64,000 bases of DNA, from the IMG/VR virus record IMGVR_UViG_3300032334_000335, positions 22,556-86,555 of that record; one strand, written 5' to 3'. The translations under genes and the position numbers were made by a program. Under the pieces are notes generated by a model. The model was not told the DNA's origin. It did no database searches and saw only the letters and a list, made by a program, of their open reading frames with translations. The stretch is from a virus. Below, in pieces: positions 7,927 through 16,732 of the stretch (the first letter of the stretch is position 1; each line of letters opens with the position of its first letter).

Positions 7927-8209
7927 GAGCAGACCAAAACCTACAATATTGCTAGAACACGCTAACAAGGAAACTTTTAAAATAGAGCAGATCCTTGATA
8001 GTGAAGCCATCTGGGCAGTATTTTACAAAGAACAACCATTTAACTTAAAGAGTGGTAGTTTGGTTGCCAGCTATCCCGGACCTAAATATAAGAAGGTATC
8101 ATTTAGCAATCCCGGTCATGCGCACAACTTAGCTAAGAAGTTGAATAGATTATTTAAGACAAAAGATTTCGCCGTTTATAAACTCACGCAAGGTGAGAAG
8201 GTAGAATAA
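7925..8209 (+). CDS. Hypothetical basic protein (late)
   Basis: 94 aa, MSRPKP...GPKYKKVSFSNPGHA; AGGA SD. Confidence 0.8.
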   Translation: MSRPKPTILLEHANKETFKIEQILDSEAIWAVFYKEQPFNLKSGSLVASYPGPKYKKVSFSNPGHAHNLAKKLNRLFKTKDFAVYKLTQGEKVE

Positions 8210-8211
8210 CT

Positions 8212-8613
8212 ATGGATCCCAAGGATGCCTACACTAAGGTGTTCTTACAGGCAGCAGGCACAAACGCTGATCCAGAGACCATTAAAAAATTTAGAGTAGT
8301 ATGGTGGTGGAACGTGCGAGCCAAAGAAAAAGGAGGCCTTAGATTGACAGAACAGGCCTTGCAGTTCTTAGAAGAACATGCTAAAATAAAATCATACAAG
8401 ATAGATTTCCCCAGCGATTTTTCAATAACTCCACAGGTGTTAGTTTGGTTAGACAACTTTATCGATTCACCTTTCTATATAACAAAGAAACACATAATAG
8501 TGTTAAAAGAACGTGCAGCATTTGAACTATATCTATTCTCCGGCGATATTAGAAAGATGGGGCATAACAAAGCTCTAGCCAAAAGATTAAGCCAAGAATC
8601 AGTCCCCGAATAA
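8212..8613 (+). CDS. Hypothetical protein
   Basis: 133-aa ORF abutting the upstream gene. Confidence 0.8.
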   Translation: MDPKDAYTKVFLQAAGTNADPETIKKFRVVWWWNVRAKEKGGLRLTEQALQFLEEHAKIKSYKIDFPSDFSITPQVLVWLDNFIDSPFYITKKHIIVLKERAAFELYLFSGDIRKMGHNKALAKRLSQESVPE

Positions 8614-8621
8614 TAGTAGTA

Positions 8622-8629
8622 TATAAATA
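8622..8629 (+). promoter_or_regulatory. T4-type late promoter TATAAATA
   Basis: Exact motif in the intergenic gap, 8 nt before ATG 8638. Confidence 0.65.
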
Positions 8630-8637
8630 TTTTTATC

Positions 8638-8910
8638 ATGTTTGATCTAAACCCAATGGATGTGTTAAAACAACGGAAAGTAAAAATACTTCCTCCACAC
8701 TTCGCGAAAATCAAGATATCCGACGGAGAACTCTTCGAAGGAAATATTGAACAATGGATTAAGTCGAAGTTAAAAGGAAGATTTGCTATCTGCGGTAGCC
8801 CATCTATTAACAAAGAAGGCACTCTCGAATCAACCACTTTTGTGGCCTTCGAGGATCATCAAGAGCTAACATACTTTATGTTGGCATGTCCACATTTAAG
8901 GAGAAACTAA
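8638..8910 (+). CDS. Hypothetical protein
   Basis: 90-aa ORF after a late promoter. Confidence 0.75.
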   Translation: MFDLNPMDVLKQRKVKILPPHFAKIKISDGELFEGNIEQWIKSKLKGRFAICGSPSINKEGTLESTTFVAFEDHQELTYFMLACPHLRRN

Positions 8911-8911
8911 A

Positions 8912-9136
8912 ATGGCAGAAGAAAACAAAGTTGAAGAACAGCAACCAGCGGCAGCTCCGGCAGCAGCTCCAGCTGAGGAACCTGGTTTAAATATCAGTGA
9001 CCTAATGGCATTAAAGAGCATTGTAGAAGTAGCGTCACAACGAGGAGCGTTCAAAGCAAATGAACTAGAAGCAGTTGGTAAAACTTTCAACAAGTTAACT
9101 ACATTCTTAGAGTCAGTTGCTAAAAAGGAGGCTTAA
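8912..9136 (+). CDS. Hypothetical protein
   Basis: AAGGAG SD; Ala/Pro linker then LNISDL...VASQRGAFKANEL. Confidence 0.8.
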   Translation: MAEENKVEEQQPAAAPAAAPAEEPGLNISDLMALKSIVEVASQRGAFKANELEAVGKTFNKLTTFLESVAKKEA

Positions 9137-9137
9137 T

Positions 9138-9803
9138 ATGAGAAGCCTAAAACACGTAGGACGTATGCAGAAGAATGATGCCAAAGTATTGGTAGCATTC
9201 CGCACACTGCCGGGTGAATCAAATACAGCATTGGTTATTCCAGTTTCGCAGCTCAATGACGAATATCATAACGATATCATGAAACTGGTCGAAACTGACC
9301 AAGCACAAGAAGTGTTTGAGTTCGGTGAAATCTTGTTTACTAGATCTTTCACTGACGGTCGCCCAATGTTAAGAGCATTACAAGCAGACGGAATTATGCA
9401 GAAGGTTCCAACTGACTCTGTGTTGATGACTCCAACTCCTAATGACACTATCCAGCTTCATCAGTTGAATACATTAATCGCCGAACAACGTAACTGTGCT
9501 GTTGACGATCTATGTACTTTTGTTTCTGGTGCTCCAAAACAAAACTCATCTGAAGTTGAAGATATTGTACAGGTAAAAGATCTAGGTAGAGATATTGGTG
9601 AACCAAAACCTCTAAACGAATCGAAGCCTGCTCCTCTTAAGGCAGCAGAAAATTCAGTTCTTTCGGATACAGACATTGCTAAATCATATCGCAGTCAAGC
9701 TGATGCTATGTATAAAGAAGCAGCAAGACTACGTAAGCAAGCAGATGAATTAGATCCGCCAAAGAAAAAAGCAACTAAATCTACAGAAGAACTAAGTGCC
9801 TAA
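9138..9803 (+). CDS. Hypothetical protein
   Basis: AGGAGG SD before ATG 9138. Confidence 0.8.
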   Translation: MRSLKHVGRMQKNDAKVLVAFRTLPGESNTALVIPVSQLNDEYHNDIMKLVETDQAQEVFEFGEILFTRSFTDGRPMLRALQADGIMQKVPTDSVLMTPTPNDTIQLHQLNTLIAEQRNCAVDDLCTFVSGAPKQNSSEVEDIVQVKDLGRDIGEPKPLNESKPAPLKAAENSVLSDTDIAKSYRSQADAMYKEAARLRKQADELDPPKKKATKSTEELSA

Positions 9804-10101
9804 TCCGTTATTTAAACCGCCGCGGCATTTAGTAAAAGAGTGGCCTGAAGTCTTTGAAGATCTATACATGAATACTATGCCGGTAGCATATCTAGTAAAC
9901 ATACATCTAGAGTTTGCTAACGGCAGAGTATGGCAGATCGATGTCAAAGAACAGTTGAAAGAACATGATGCAGATGAGATTGCCGCAAGATTATTAGATA
10001 CCCTGCATGAATTTAAAGAAGATATAACTAAGATGGATTTCAAGATCGATGTAGACAAACTCAAGACAGATATAAAGAGTTCGTCTAAAAAGATTTTTTA
10101 A
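9796..10101 (+). CDS. Hypothetical protein
   Basis: 101-aa ORF overlapping the upstream stop. Confidence 0.75.
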   Translation: MPNPLFKPPRHLVKEWPEVFEDLYMNTMPVAYLVNIHLEFANGRVWQIDVKEQLKEHDADEIAARLLDTLHEFKEDITKMDFKIDVDKLKTDIKSSSKKIF

Positions 10102-10880
10102 TTTATTAGAGTATATCTATCAATATGTTCAAGCAAAGTATTTGCTAGATTTTCCTGATCCAGTGGTAACGTATGATACCCTGGATCTTTAAATTTGATA
10201 GGATTTCTTTTGTTGTAGGCTTTTATATTTTTTTGACAAGCATTCCACCATTGTTGTTTTTCAACAGTGGTATTTTTTTCATTTAACCAAGAACATTTAT
10301 CTTTTATTTTTAAATCATCTAATATAAGAAGATATGGTATTTTTGATTCTTCTAACTTATGTAACATAGCATAGACACACCAGGTGTCTATTTTTAATTT
10401 CCAGTTATGGTCATACAAGTTTGCAAAATACAGTTTTACGTTCTTTTTTATTGTTGATAGGTTTGGAACTGTATCTTCGTATTGAGTATACGGATAATCG
10501 GGTAACATTGATTGAATGGTATCCGATATCATTTTTGGATCTTTATTCTTTTCAGGATCAAAAGAACTTATCGACTGCTGATGTTTATAAAGTATGTTAT
10601 CTAATGTGACATCAGATTCGTGCCCGTACAAGGTTGAACCGATAGGATTTATAGGTATTTCTAATCTATCAATCAGGGTGGTGTTTACTATAATAAAATC
10701 TGCATTTTTCTCAATGGCATGTTCGAGTTGCACACATATACCTCCATTGCTCATTCCGCCACGGGATAGTATCGTTAAATCATATCCTATCTTGGTTGAG
10801 AGTATTTCAGAAAAATGTTGTCCTGGAGTTTCGGGGCTCGGTGTCATGAAGCTGTCACCGCAGATATATAGTTTTTTCAT
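10098..10880 (-). CDS. SGNH/GDSL-like hydrolase or acyltransferase
   Basis: N-terminal LYICGDSF, block II RGGMSN, C-terminal DPGYHT. Confidence 0.65.
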   Translation of the reverse strand: MKKLYICGDSFMTPSPETPGQHFSEILSTKIGYDLTILSRGGMSNGGICVQLEHAIEKNADFIIVNTTLIDRLEIPINPIGSTLYGHESDVTLDNILYKHQQSISSFDPEKNKDPKMISDTIQSMLPDYPYTQYEDTVPNLSTIKKNVKLYFANLYDHNWKLKIDTWCVYAMLHKLEESKIPYLLILDDLKIKDKCSWLNEKNTTVEKQQWWNACQKNIKAYNKRNPIKFKDPGYHTLPLDQENLANTLLEHIDRYTLIN

Positions 10881-10887
10881 CGTGAAA

Positions 10888-10905
10888 TATTTATATGGTT
10901 AAATA
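10888..10905. promoter_or_regulatory. Back-to-back late promoters: TATAAATA on - (10888-10895) and TAAATA on + (10900-10905)
   Basis: Both motifs lie in the 41-nt gap between two divergent genes. Confidence 0.6.
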
Positions 10906-10921
10906 TTCCAAAGGATAGTTA

Positions 10922-11866
10922 ATGAATCTAGTAACAGTTACATATTTTGCCGATCTTCGAAACATGCTAGTTCAAGCTGAAAGCATCAATAGATTTGCAT
11001 TAGGAGTAACACACTGGGTAGTTATTTGTAGCACATCTAACAATATGGCTAGATGGCGGCGACTACTAGAGCCATATTATCAAGGATCAAATCGATTAAA
11101 ATTAATTCGAGCACCATCTGAGTTAATGACTGCGAAATCTGGATATATGAATCAACAGTTACTGAAACTATGGATTGCAGGGTCTATTCAAGATGACTAT
11201 CTTATCCTAGACTCTAAGAACTTTTTTATACAGCCAACGGATTCCTCAGTGTACGAAAACTATATAGCTACTAACGGATGGGGCTATGATATATCGGATG
11301 AGACATTTCCTGGTACAATATATAAAACTTGTGCTATAGAATCTAGTCGCTATTTAGGAAATACAACAACTAGATTTGTCATACCCGGAATCGGTACCCC
11401 ATATAAAATAAGTTGGAAAAACATGCAGAAACTTATAGAAAAATTTCAAAGTATTGATTTAGCTATGCTATGGGTTAAATCTGTTATTGAGAAGGGCAAA
11501 AGATTTCAACCAGGACGTGCAGATGTATTTTCAGAGTTTGTATTTTATGCTCAACTAATGGATGACGATGAAGTTGATATTCTCAAAAACACAGTTCTTG
11601 AAAGAATAGATACAAATAGAACTGTATGGGATCAAGGAACATTTATTAACTATCTTGCACACAATAGACTCTCTTCAAAGAAAAAAAGACCGGTGACAGC
11701 GTTACTAGAATGTTTTACAAAAAAGCAAGTGCATACCGTTGCATTTCACCGAAGGTGGTTTTATGATCACCCAGAGTATTTGCCAGACATTAACAAATGG
11801 CTGTCTGAACAGGGGATAAACACTAAACTAAAAATCGGCAGAAGCTATAATGCACCGTGGGTTTAA
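10922..11866 (+). CDS. GT-A fold glycosyltransferase-like protein (DUF6492-like)
   Basis: LVTVTYFADL, SGYMNQQLLKL, DYLILDSKNFFI, FSEFVFY. Confidence 0.6.
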   Translation: MNLVTVTYFADLRNMLVQAESINRFALGVTHWVVICSTSNNMARWRRLLEPYYQGSNRLKLIRAPSELMTAKSGYMNQQLLKLWIAGSIQDDYLILDSKNFFIQPTDSSVYENYIATNGWGYDISDETFPGTIYKTCAIESSRYLGNTTTRFVIPGIGTPYKISWKNMQKLIEKFQSIDLAMLWVKSVIEKGKRFQPGRADVFSEFVFYAQLMDDDEVDILKNTVLERIDTNRTVWDQGTFINYLAHNRLSSKKKRPVTALLECFTKKQVHTVAFHRRWFYDHPEYLPDINKWLSEQGINTKLKIGRSYNAPWV

Positions 11867-13227
11867 TTGACTACCCATTTTCCTGTTATGTCACAGCCAT
11901 ACATCAGTGAATCAGGATATTGTGTTTTTACTGTAGATATAAAATCTCGATATTTTTCATCTGCTTCTTCACGTGTAAACATAACCATAGTAAAATCTGT
12001 GGCAAATATATTACTGTAATAAAAAAGTGGTCGTGTTGTTGTGACATTTGATAACACCGATGTTAGATCATTGTTGTCAAAGAGATTGCATTTTATAAAC
12101 TCAGCTTTAGAAGATCTAAATATATTCCATAGTTTCTTAAATTTTTCTTCGCCGCCGAAATCTCTGAATAACAATAACTGGTTTTCTTCAACAGACGAGT
12201 TTATATATTTGTATTTCTTTTTAAGTTCTAGAGGTTTATTTTTAATGTAGGAAGGAAAGTCGTTACCATCCCAATTTTCTTTTAAATCTTTAATCCAATC
12301 AAGAGACTCTTCACTGTAATCATAAAATACAAATTTAACATCGTCGTTGTAGTTTAATATGTCAAGATATTTAAATCCTGCAGCCGTTCCGACATATGTA
12401 TCACAATATTTTAATGGAACACTAAATCGATAGTTTTCACTGTTGTAGATCCAAATAGTTGATTTAGGTGAGAGACTATTCTTTATCCATTTCTTTTGAT
12501 TGGGGTTTGAAACTAGAGATTCATCTCTATTTAAAAATGCATTATATAGATTTTCGCTTTCGTGCTCTGGATAAATGTACAAACGACAATCTCTCATACG
12601 CTGTGTAAAATTATCAATCTGCATTCCGTTAGACAAAGCTGCTTTAATAAATCCCCAACCTGGATATCTACGAGTCATCATTGATGATCCGTCTGATCCT
12701 TTTATCCAATAAGGAGTATATCTGTCGTGGAAGTTTTCCTCTGATCGAATATAGTTAGGCAGTTCTTCTGTAGCTGTTTCCCATCCTCCAAACTTCGGAG
12801 ATCCTAACTTCTTCCATGTATGTACGTTAACTACCATCATCTGATTATGTATTTCAATCCACCCTTCTCCTTTTTCACTTTGCCAATCAAGTGTAAAAGC
12901 AAGAAGGAAAAAAGAGGGGTTCGATTTGTAATAGTTATTAAGCTCTTCAAAAAAACTATTTTGTCTGATAAAGTTTCCCACTGATTGTACAATAACGATA
13001 TCATAGTTATCAGAAGAATCCATGGCATCGTCAATGGTATTAAAATATCTAACATCTCCCCGGGTCGTAGATTCTGATAGTCGTTGTGTCATTACAAACG
13101 TAATATCGAGAACTTTTTTAAATAACTTAGGGTGTTTATTTCTTACTTCTGCTTGATCCACAACAGCATATAAGATCTTTTTAGATCCTAATACTTCTGG
13201 GTGTAAATTTACTTTGGTATAGCTCAT
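11863..13227 (-). CDS. Hypothetical two-domain enzyme; C-terminal half has a possible Rossmann/methyltransferase-like segment
   Basis: 454-aa ORF; YVGTAAGF...FVFYDYSEESL and FIKCNLF...FYYSNIF are suggestive only. Confidence 0.45.
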   Translation of the reverse strand: MSYTKVNLHPEVLGSKKILYAVVDQAEVRNKHPKLFKKVLDITFVMTQRLSESTTRGDVRYFNTIDDAMDSSDNYDIVIVQSVGNFIRQNSFFEELNNYYKSNPSFFLLAFTLDWQSEKGEGWIEIHNQMMVVNVHTWKKLGSPKFGGWETATEELPNYIRSEENFHDRYTPYWIKGSDGSSMMTRRYPGWGFIKAALSNGMQIDNFTQRMRDCRLYIYPEHESENLYNAFLNRDESLVSNPNQKKWIKNSLSPKSTIWIYNSENYRFSVPLKYCDTYVGTAAGFKYLDILNYNDDVKFVFYDYSEESLDWIKDLKENWDGNDFPSYIKNKPLELKKKYKYINSSVEENQLLLFRDFGGEEKFKKLWNIFRSSKAEFIKCNLFDNNDLTSVLSNVTTTRPLFYYSNIFATDFTMVMFTREEADEKYRDFISTVKTQYPDSLMYGCDITGKWVVN

Positions 13228-13883
13228 AGGTATTGAAAATCCGATGCGTAGTGTCCATGTACTATTATATGATATCTAGCTTCATTGCTTTGATTTATCA
13301 CAATGTGTTCTCTTGCAACATCTAATACCATTCCTTTTCCTGCTTTAAAAGGAACTATGCCCTTTTCTCTAAAAACAAAATGGCATCCTTCAGGATTATT
13401 AATAGCAATGTTTAACGGTCCAAACAATCTTCCTGGCCCATCTGTGTGCGGCATTATATAACCGCCAGGAGCAAGTCTCATGATCCTAACACGATCAAAC
13501 TTAGTGTATGGTAATGATTTTAAAAAGTTACAGAGATTAGGAAGTTGTTCACATACATCTGTCCAGTGATATCCTGCTTCATCTAAACTAGTAAAACCAT
13601 ATTTGGTATAATGTTCGGTCTTGTGCTTGTCTATTCCATGCAGAGTTAAACTCTGCCATCCTTCATGCCCGTAGCCTTTTTTCTTATCCTGACTTCGATG
13701 ATTAAAATATAAATCATCAACACCTTGGCATTCTTCTAGAAACAAAGCATGATCAAAATCAAACTGTACAGGATAAAACATGCATTCGTTATCTTCCTTT
13801 GCAGACATAACAGATCCATGAACAGGGTTTTTAAAATCCTTGTTCTGATTATAAAAATCAATAAGTTCTTGTGGAAACAACAT
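13224..13883 (-). CDS. Aspartyl/asparaginyl beta-hydroxylase-like 2OG-Fe(II) dioxygenase
   Basis: RVRIMRLAPGGYIMPHTD (HxD) ... EHIVINQSNEARYHIIVHG (distal His and Arg). Confidence 0.85.
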   Translation of the reverse strand: MLFPQELIDFYNQNKDFKNPVHGSVMSAKEDNECMFYPVQFDFDHALFLEECQGVDDLYFNHRSQDKKKGYGHEGWQSLTLHGIDKHKTEHYTKYGFTSLDEAGYHWTDVCEQLPNLCNFLKSLPYTKFDRVRIMRLAPGGYIMPHTDGPGRLFGPLNIAINNPEGCHFVFREKGIVPFKAGKGMVLDVAREHIVINQSNEARYHIIVHGHYASDFQYL

Positions 13884-14737
13884 TATTTTAATTTCTCTTC
13901 TATATTTGAACTAAAGCCGGCCTTGAACATATCAGACAAGAATCCTTTTTCTACGTATTCTCGATATTGTTGTTTTGTTACCAACGGTTCAAACATATTG
14001 GCTCGAAAAGAATCGTAGTTAAACACAGTTAAGTCTTGTGTCTTTAATGCATGAAATATAATGTTTGCAAAAATCTGAGCATTTATTTTCGAAAGATGGT
14101 TGAATCGGATGTCATACCCTGTATTCTTAACCCAATCATTATAAGATTTGAAATTAATAATCTCAGACTCAGACACTTTTCCAAGAAAAAAATCCGGACA
14201 TAAGAAGTTTGTCGGGCGATCTCCCATTGGTAGTGTTATGTTAAAGTTACTTTGAGAATATGTTTGAACTACTAAAAACTTAGAGTTAGGATATGCTTGA
14301 GCTAGAGATTTAATAGTATGTATATAAGAATAATAGTTAATAGCATCTATATGCATATCTCTATTTGTTATATAAAACTCTAGATGTTTTCTGTTTTTAA
14401 TAAACCAGTTAGCTGCTTCGCCTTCGTACGACTCGATATTATTCCAAAAATAGCAAGATGTCTCAGGATACATCAACTGTATATTAAAATGTAAACGCCC
14501 TGCATTAGTCATAACAAATATTACTACATCGCCATCTACTAATTTGTTTGTAGATACGTCTTCTACTAGTTTTCTCATAGAATAGGATAAACTGCTACCA
14601 GCAACTGCAGAGTTTGACACTGGCATATTTAAAAAGTGGCCAACTCTTTCCATCCAAGAAACTATTTCCTTGGCGTGTTCGTTGCCTCCATATTGCTGAG
14701 ATGCAAAACTATCTCCGTAAATCCTAAGGGTGTTCAT
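13883..14737 (-). CDS. SGNH/GDSL-like hydrolase or acyltransferase
   Basis: LRIYGDSFA, NSAVAGSS, DIRFNHLS. Confidence 0.6.
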   Translation of the reverse strand: MNTLRIYGDSFASQQYGGNEHAKEIVSWMERVGHFLNMPVSNSAVAGSSLSYSMRKLVEDVSTNKLVDGDVVIFVMTNAGRLHFNIQLMYPETSCYFWNNIESYEGEAANWFIKNRKHLEFYITNRDMHIDAINYYSYIHTIKSLAQAYPNSKFLVVQTYSQSNFNITLPMGDRPTNFLCPDFFLGKVSESEIINFKSYNDWVKNTGYDIRFNHLSKINAQIFANIIFHALKTQDLTVFNYDSFRANMFEPLVTKQQYREYVEKGFLSDMFKAGFSSNIEEKLK

Positions 14738-14738
14738 G

Positions 14739-15689
14739 TTAATCGTTAAAAATCTTGTTTATATTTACATCTGTAGTACAATGACAAATGCGTTTATTAC
14801 ATATTACAGGATCAGTAGGCCACATAATACCTTCCGGATTGTTGATATTTCCTATCGACCCATTAATCCCACAGTTTGATAATAGTATATCTCCATGATG
14901 GTCCACAAATAAACTCTTTAATCCCACTTCGCAAGAATATCCGTAAAAGTTTGTCATACCATCATTGATATATTTCAATGAGTTTGGTGCGTGTTCAACT
15001 TCGCCGTCATCTAGATAAAAATCAGACCATATGTCTACTGTTTTTGGCTGAACTTCAAAATGCGATAGAAACTTTTCAGTGTTGCCGTTGTTATGGTTGA
15101 ACCATTCTAGTTGCTCATTGGAATATAAATGTGCTGATCGATTCTCACCAGTCCAATCTAAAATTCTTACAGGTTCTACTCTTACGTGTTCGATTTTAGA
15201 TAGTTTTTCAATCATTTCAATACAATGATCCCATCTCGAAGGCAGCATCATGACTCGGACACAAACAGGAGTATGCCAGCCTGCGGCTGAAATCTTTTCA
15301 ACAAACTGCGGATCAGGAAACTCTGGGTGATAAGAAAAACAAATGTAGTTTAGCATCTTAGCTATTTCATCCCAGTATCTTACTGGTTTAGCTGCATTAC
15401 TAGTCAATCCAATAGTATGTCCAGCTTCATAAAATGTTTTTACAATCTCAGGAAGAAACGGACTTACACTCGGTTCGCCACCTGCTATAGTACAATGTAT
15501 AGTTGGATATTTTTTAAACAACTGCTGAAAGAATCTTCTGGCATTATCCCAATCATAGTTATGATTTGCACCATTATGCAAACTCGCAGGACAATAAGAA
15601 CAAGAGTTAGTACATATATTGTTGATAATCCATGTGAGATGTAATGACGGAGCTGTAGGAGCTTGTACTACTTTTATTATTTTTTTCAT
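14739..15689 (-). CDS. Radical SAM enzyme with C-terminal Cys-rich (twitch/SPASM-like) domain
   Basis: CTNSCSYC, GGEPS, LTSN, CEVG...NC...C...CHC. Confidence 0.9.
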   Translation of the reverse strand: MKKIIKVVQAPTAPSLHLTWIINNICTNSCSYCPASLHNGANHNYDWDNARRFFQQLFKKYPTIHCTIAGGEPSVSPFLPEIVKTFYEAGHTIGLTSNAAKPVRYWDEIAKMLNYICFSYHPEFPDPQFVEKISAAGWHTPVCVRVMMLPSRWDHCIEMIEKLSKIEHVRVEPVRILDWTGENRSAHLYSNEQLEWFNHNNGNTEKFLSHFEVQPKTVDIWSDFYLDDGEVEHAPNSLKYINDGMTNFYGYSCEVGLKSLFVDHHGDILLSNCGINGSIGNINNPEGIMWPTDPVICNKRICHCTTDVNINKIFND

Positions 15690-16732
15690 AAATTAATTAT
15701 CTCTGCTTTCTTAATGCTGTTAAAAGCACTCCATACATTTATGTTCCATTCAATCTTTTCTTTTTCAGAAAGTTCAGGAAGATGAATGATCTCGCCTTCT
15801 TTTATTTTGTAACTATGCAATCTAGCTACTGGTATAAATCCTAAAGCAAGATCTTCAAGTCTCATTCTAGGATTGATTTTTTCTGAAAAGTTATTTTTTC
15901 TCCACCAGTTGTAAAGATCAATACGTGTCGAATAATCAGAATCTGGCCTAAAATTCATATATGATTCAGCTGCAAATCTTGCTTGAGGGCGGATTTGTCC
16001 TCGGATAACAACTTCAATATCATCGTCATGACATGCACTTGACCAATGCTTTCCAAGAGTGTTGTATCCAAGATATAACCAACCCCATTTATGTTCCGAT
16101 GTAAACAAAAAATAATCTTCAGGTTCTAATGGCTCGTGCAAATAATCTTCAGGAACAATATCATTAGGATCGCCCTTAGGCAAAAAATCAAATAAGCAAG
16201 TACATATAGATTTCGTTTCTTTATTCCATGTTCTATATACAGCTTCAAAATTATGAATCTGCTCATTTAATCTTAAAAAAGCAGCGTGAGTAATTTTATC
16301 ATGAATGTCTCCTGGCCAAACAGGATTGTATTCAGGATGCTCGGATGGTTTATCAAAGTAACCTTCGGAAATAAGACGTTCTAATCTATCTCCGTATACT
16401 TCAAACTCCTCGTGAAGATCATTTAAAACGTGAGCATTGTTTCGTAAATCTTCTACAGAAACTATTTCTGTTAAATGCCTATCGTAGTGTGCATTGATAT
16501 ACTCAATATTCTGTTTAAACTCTTGAAAGTTTTCTTCAATCTCTACTTCATTTAAAATTTTTCTGTAGTTAAACTTGATTAAGTTATTTCTAGAGTTATT
16601 CTCGTCAATCAACCTCGACCATCTGTCAGCTATATCCATGTCAACAATAGCATAGAATAACTCGAGATTGTCTTGAGTTTTAGAGTTTTCTACTGTGACC
16701 TTAAGAGTTTTATTCTTTTTCCAGTCGGTCAT
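15686..16732 (-). CDS. Hypothetical protein
   Basis: 348-aa ORF overlapping both neighbours; LNDLHEEFE, LNEQIHNFE, GWLYLGYNTLGKHW. Confidence 0.8.
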   Translation of the reverse strand: MTDWKKNKTLKVTVENSKTQDNLELFYAIVDMDIADRWSRLIDENNSRNNLIKFNYRKILNEVEIEENFQEFKQNIEYINAHYDRHLTEIVSVEDLRNNAHVLNDLHEEFEVYGDRLERLISEGYFDKPSEHPEYNPVWPGDIHDKITHAAFLRLNEQIHNFEAVYRTWNKETKSICTCLFDFLPKGDPNDIVPEDYLHEPLEPEDYFLFTSEHKWGWLYLGYNTLGKHWSSACHDDDIEVVIRGQIRPQARFAAESYMNFRPDSDYSTRIDLYNWWRKNNFSEKINPRMRLEDLALGFIPVARLHSYKIKEGEIIHLPELSEKEKIEWNINVWSAFNSIKKAEIINL

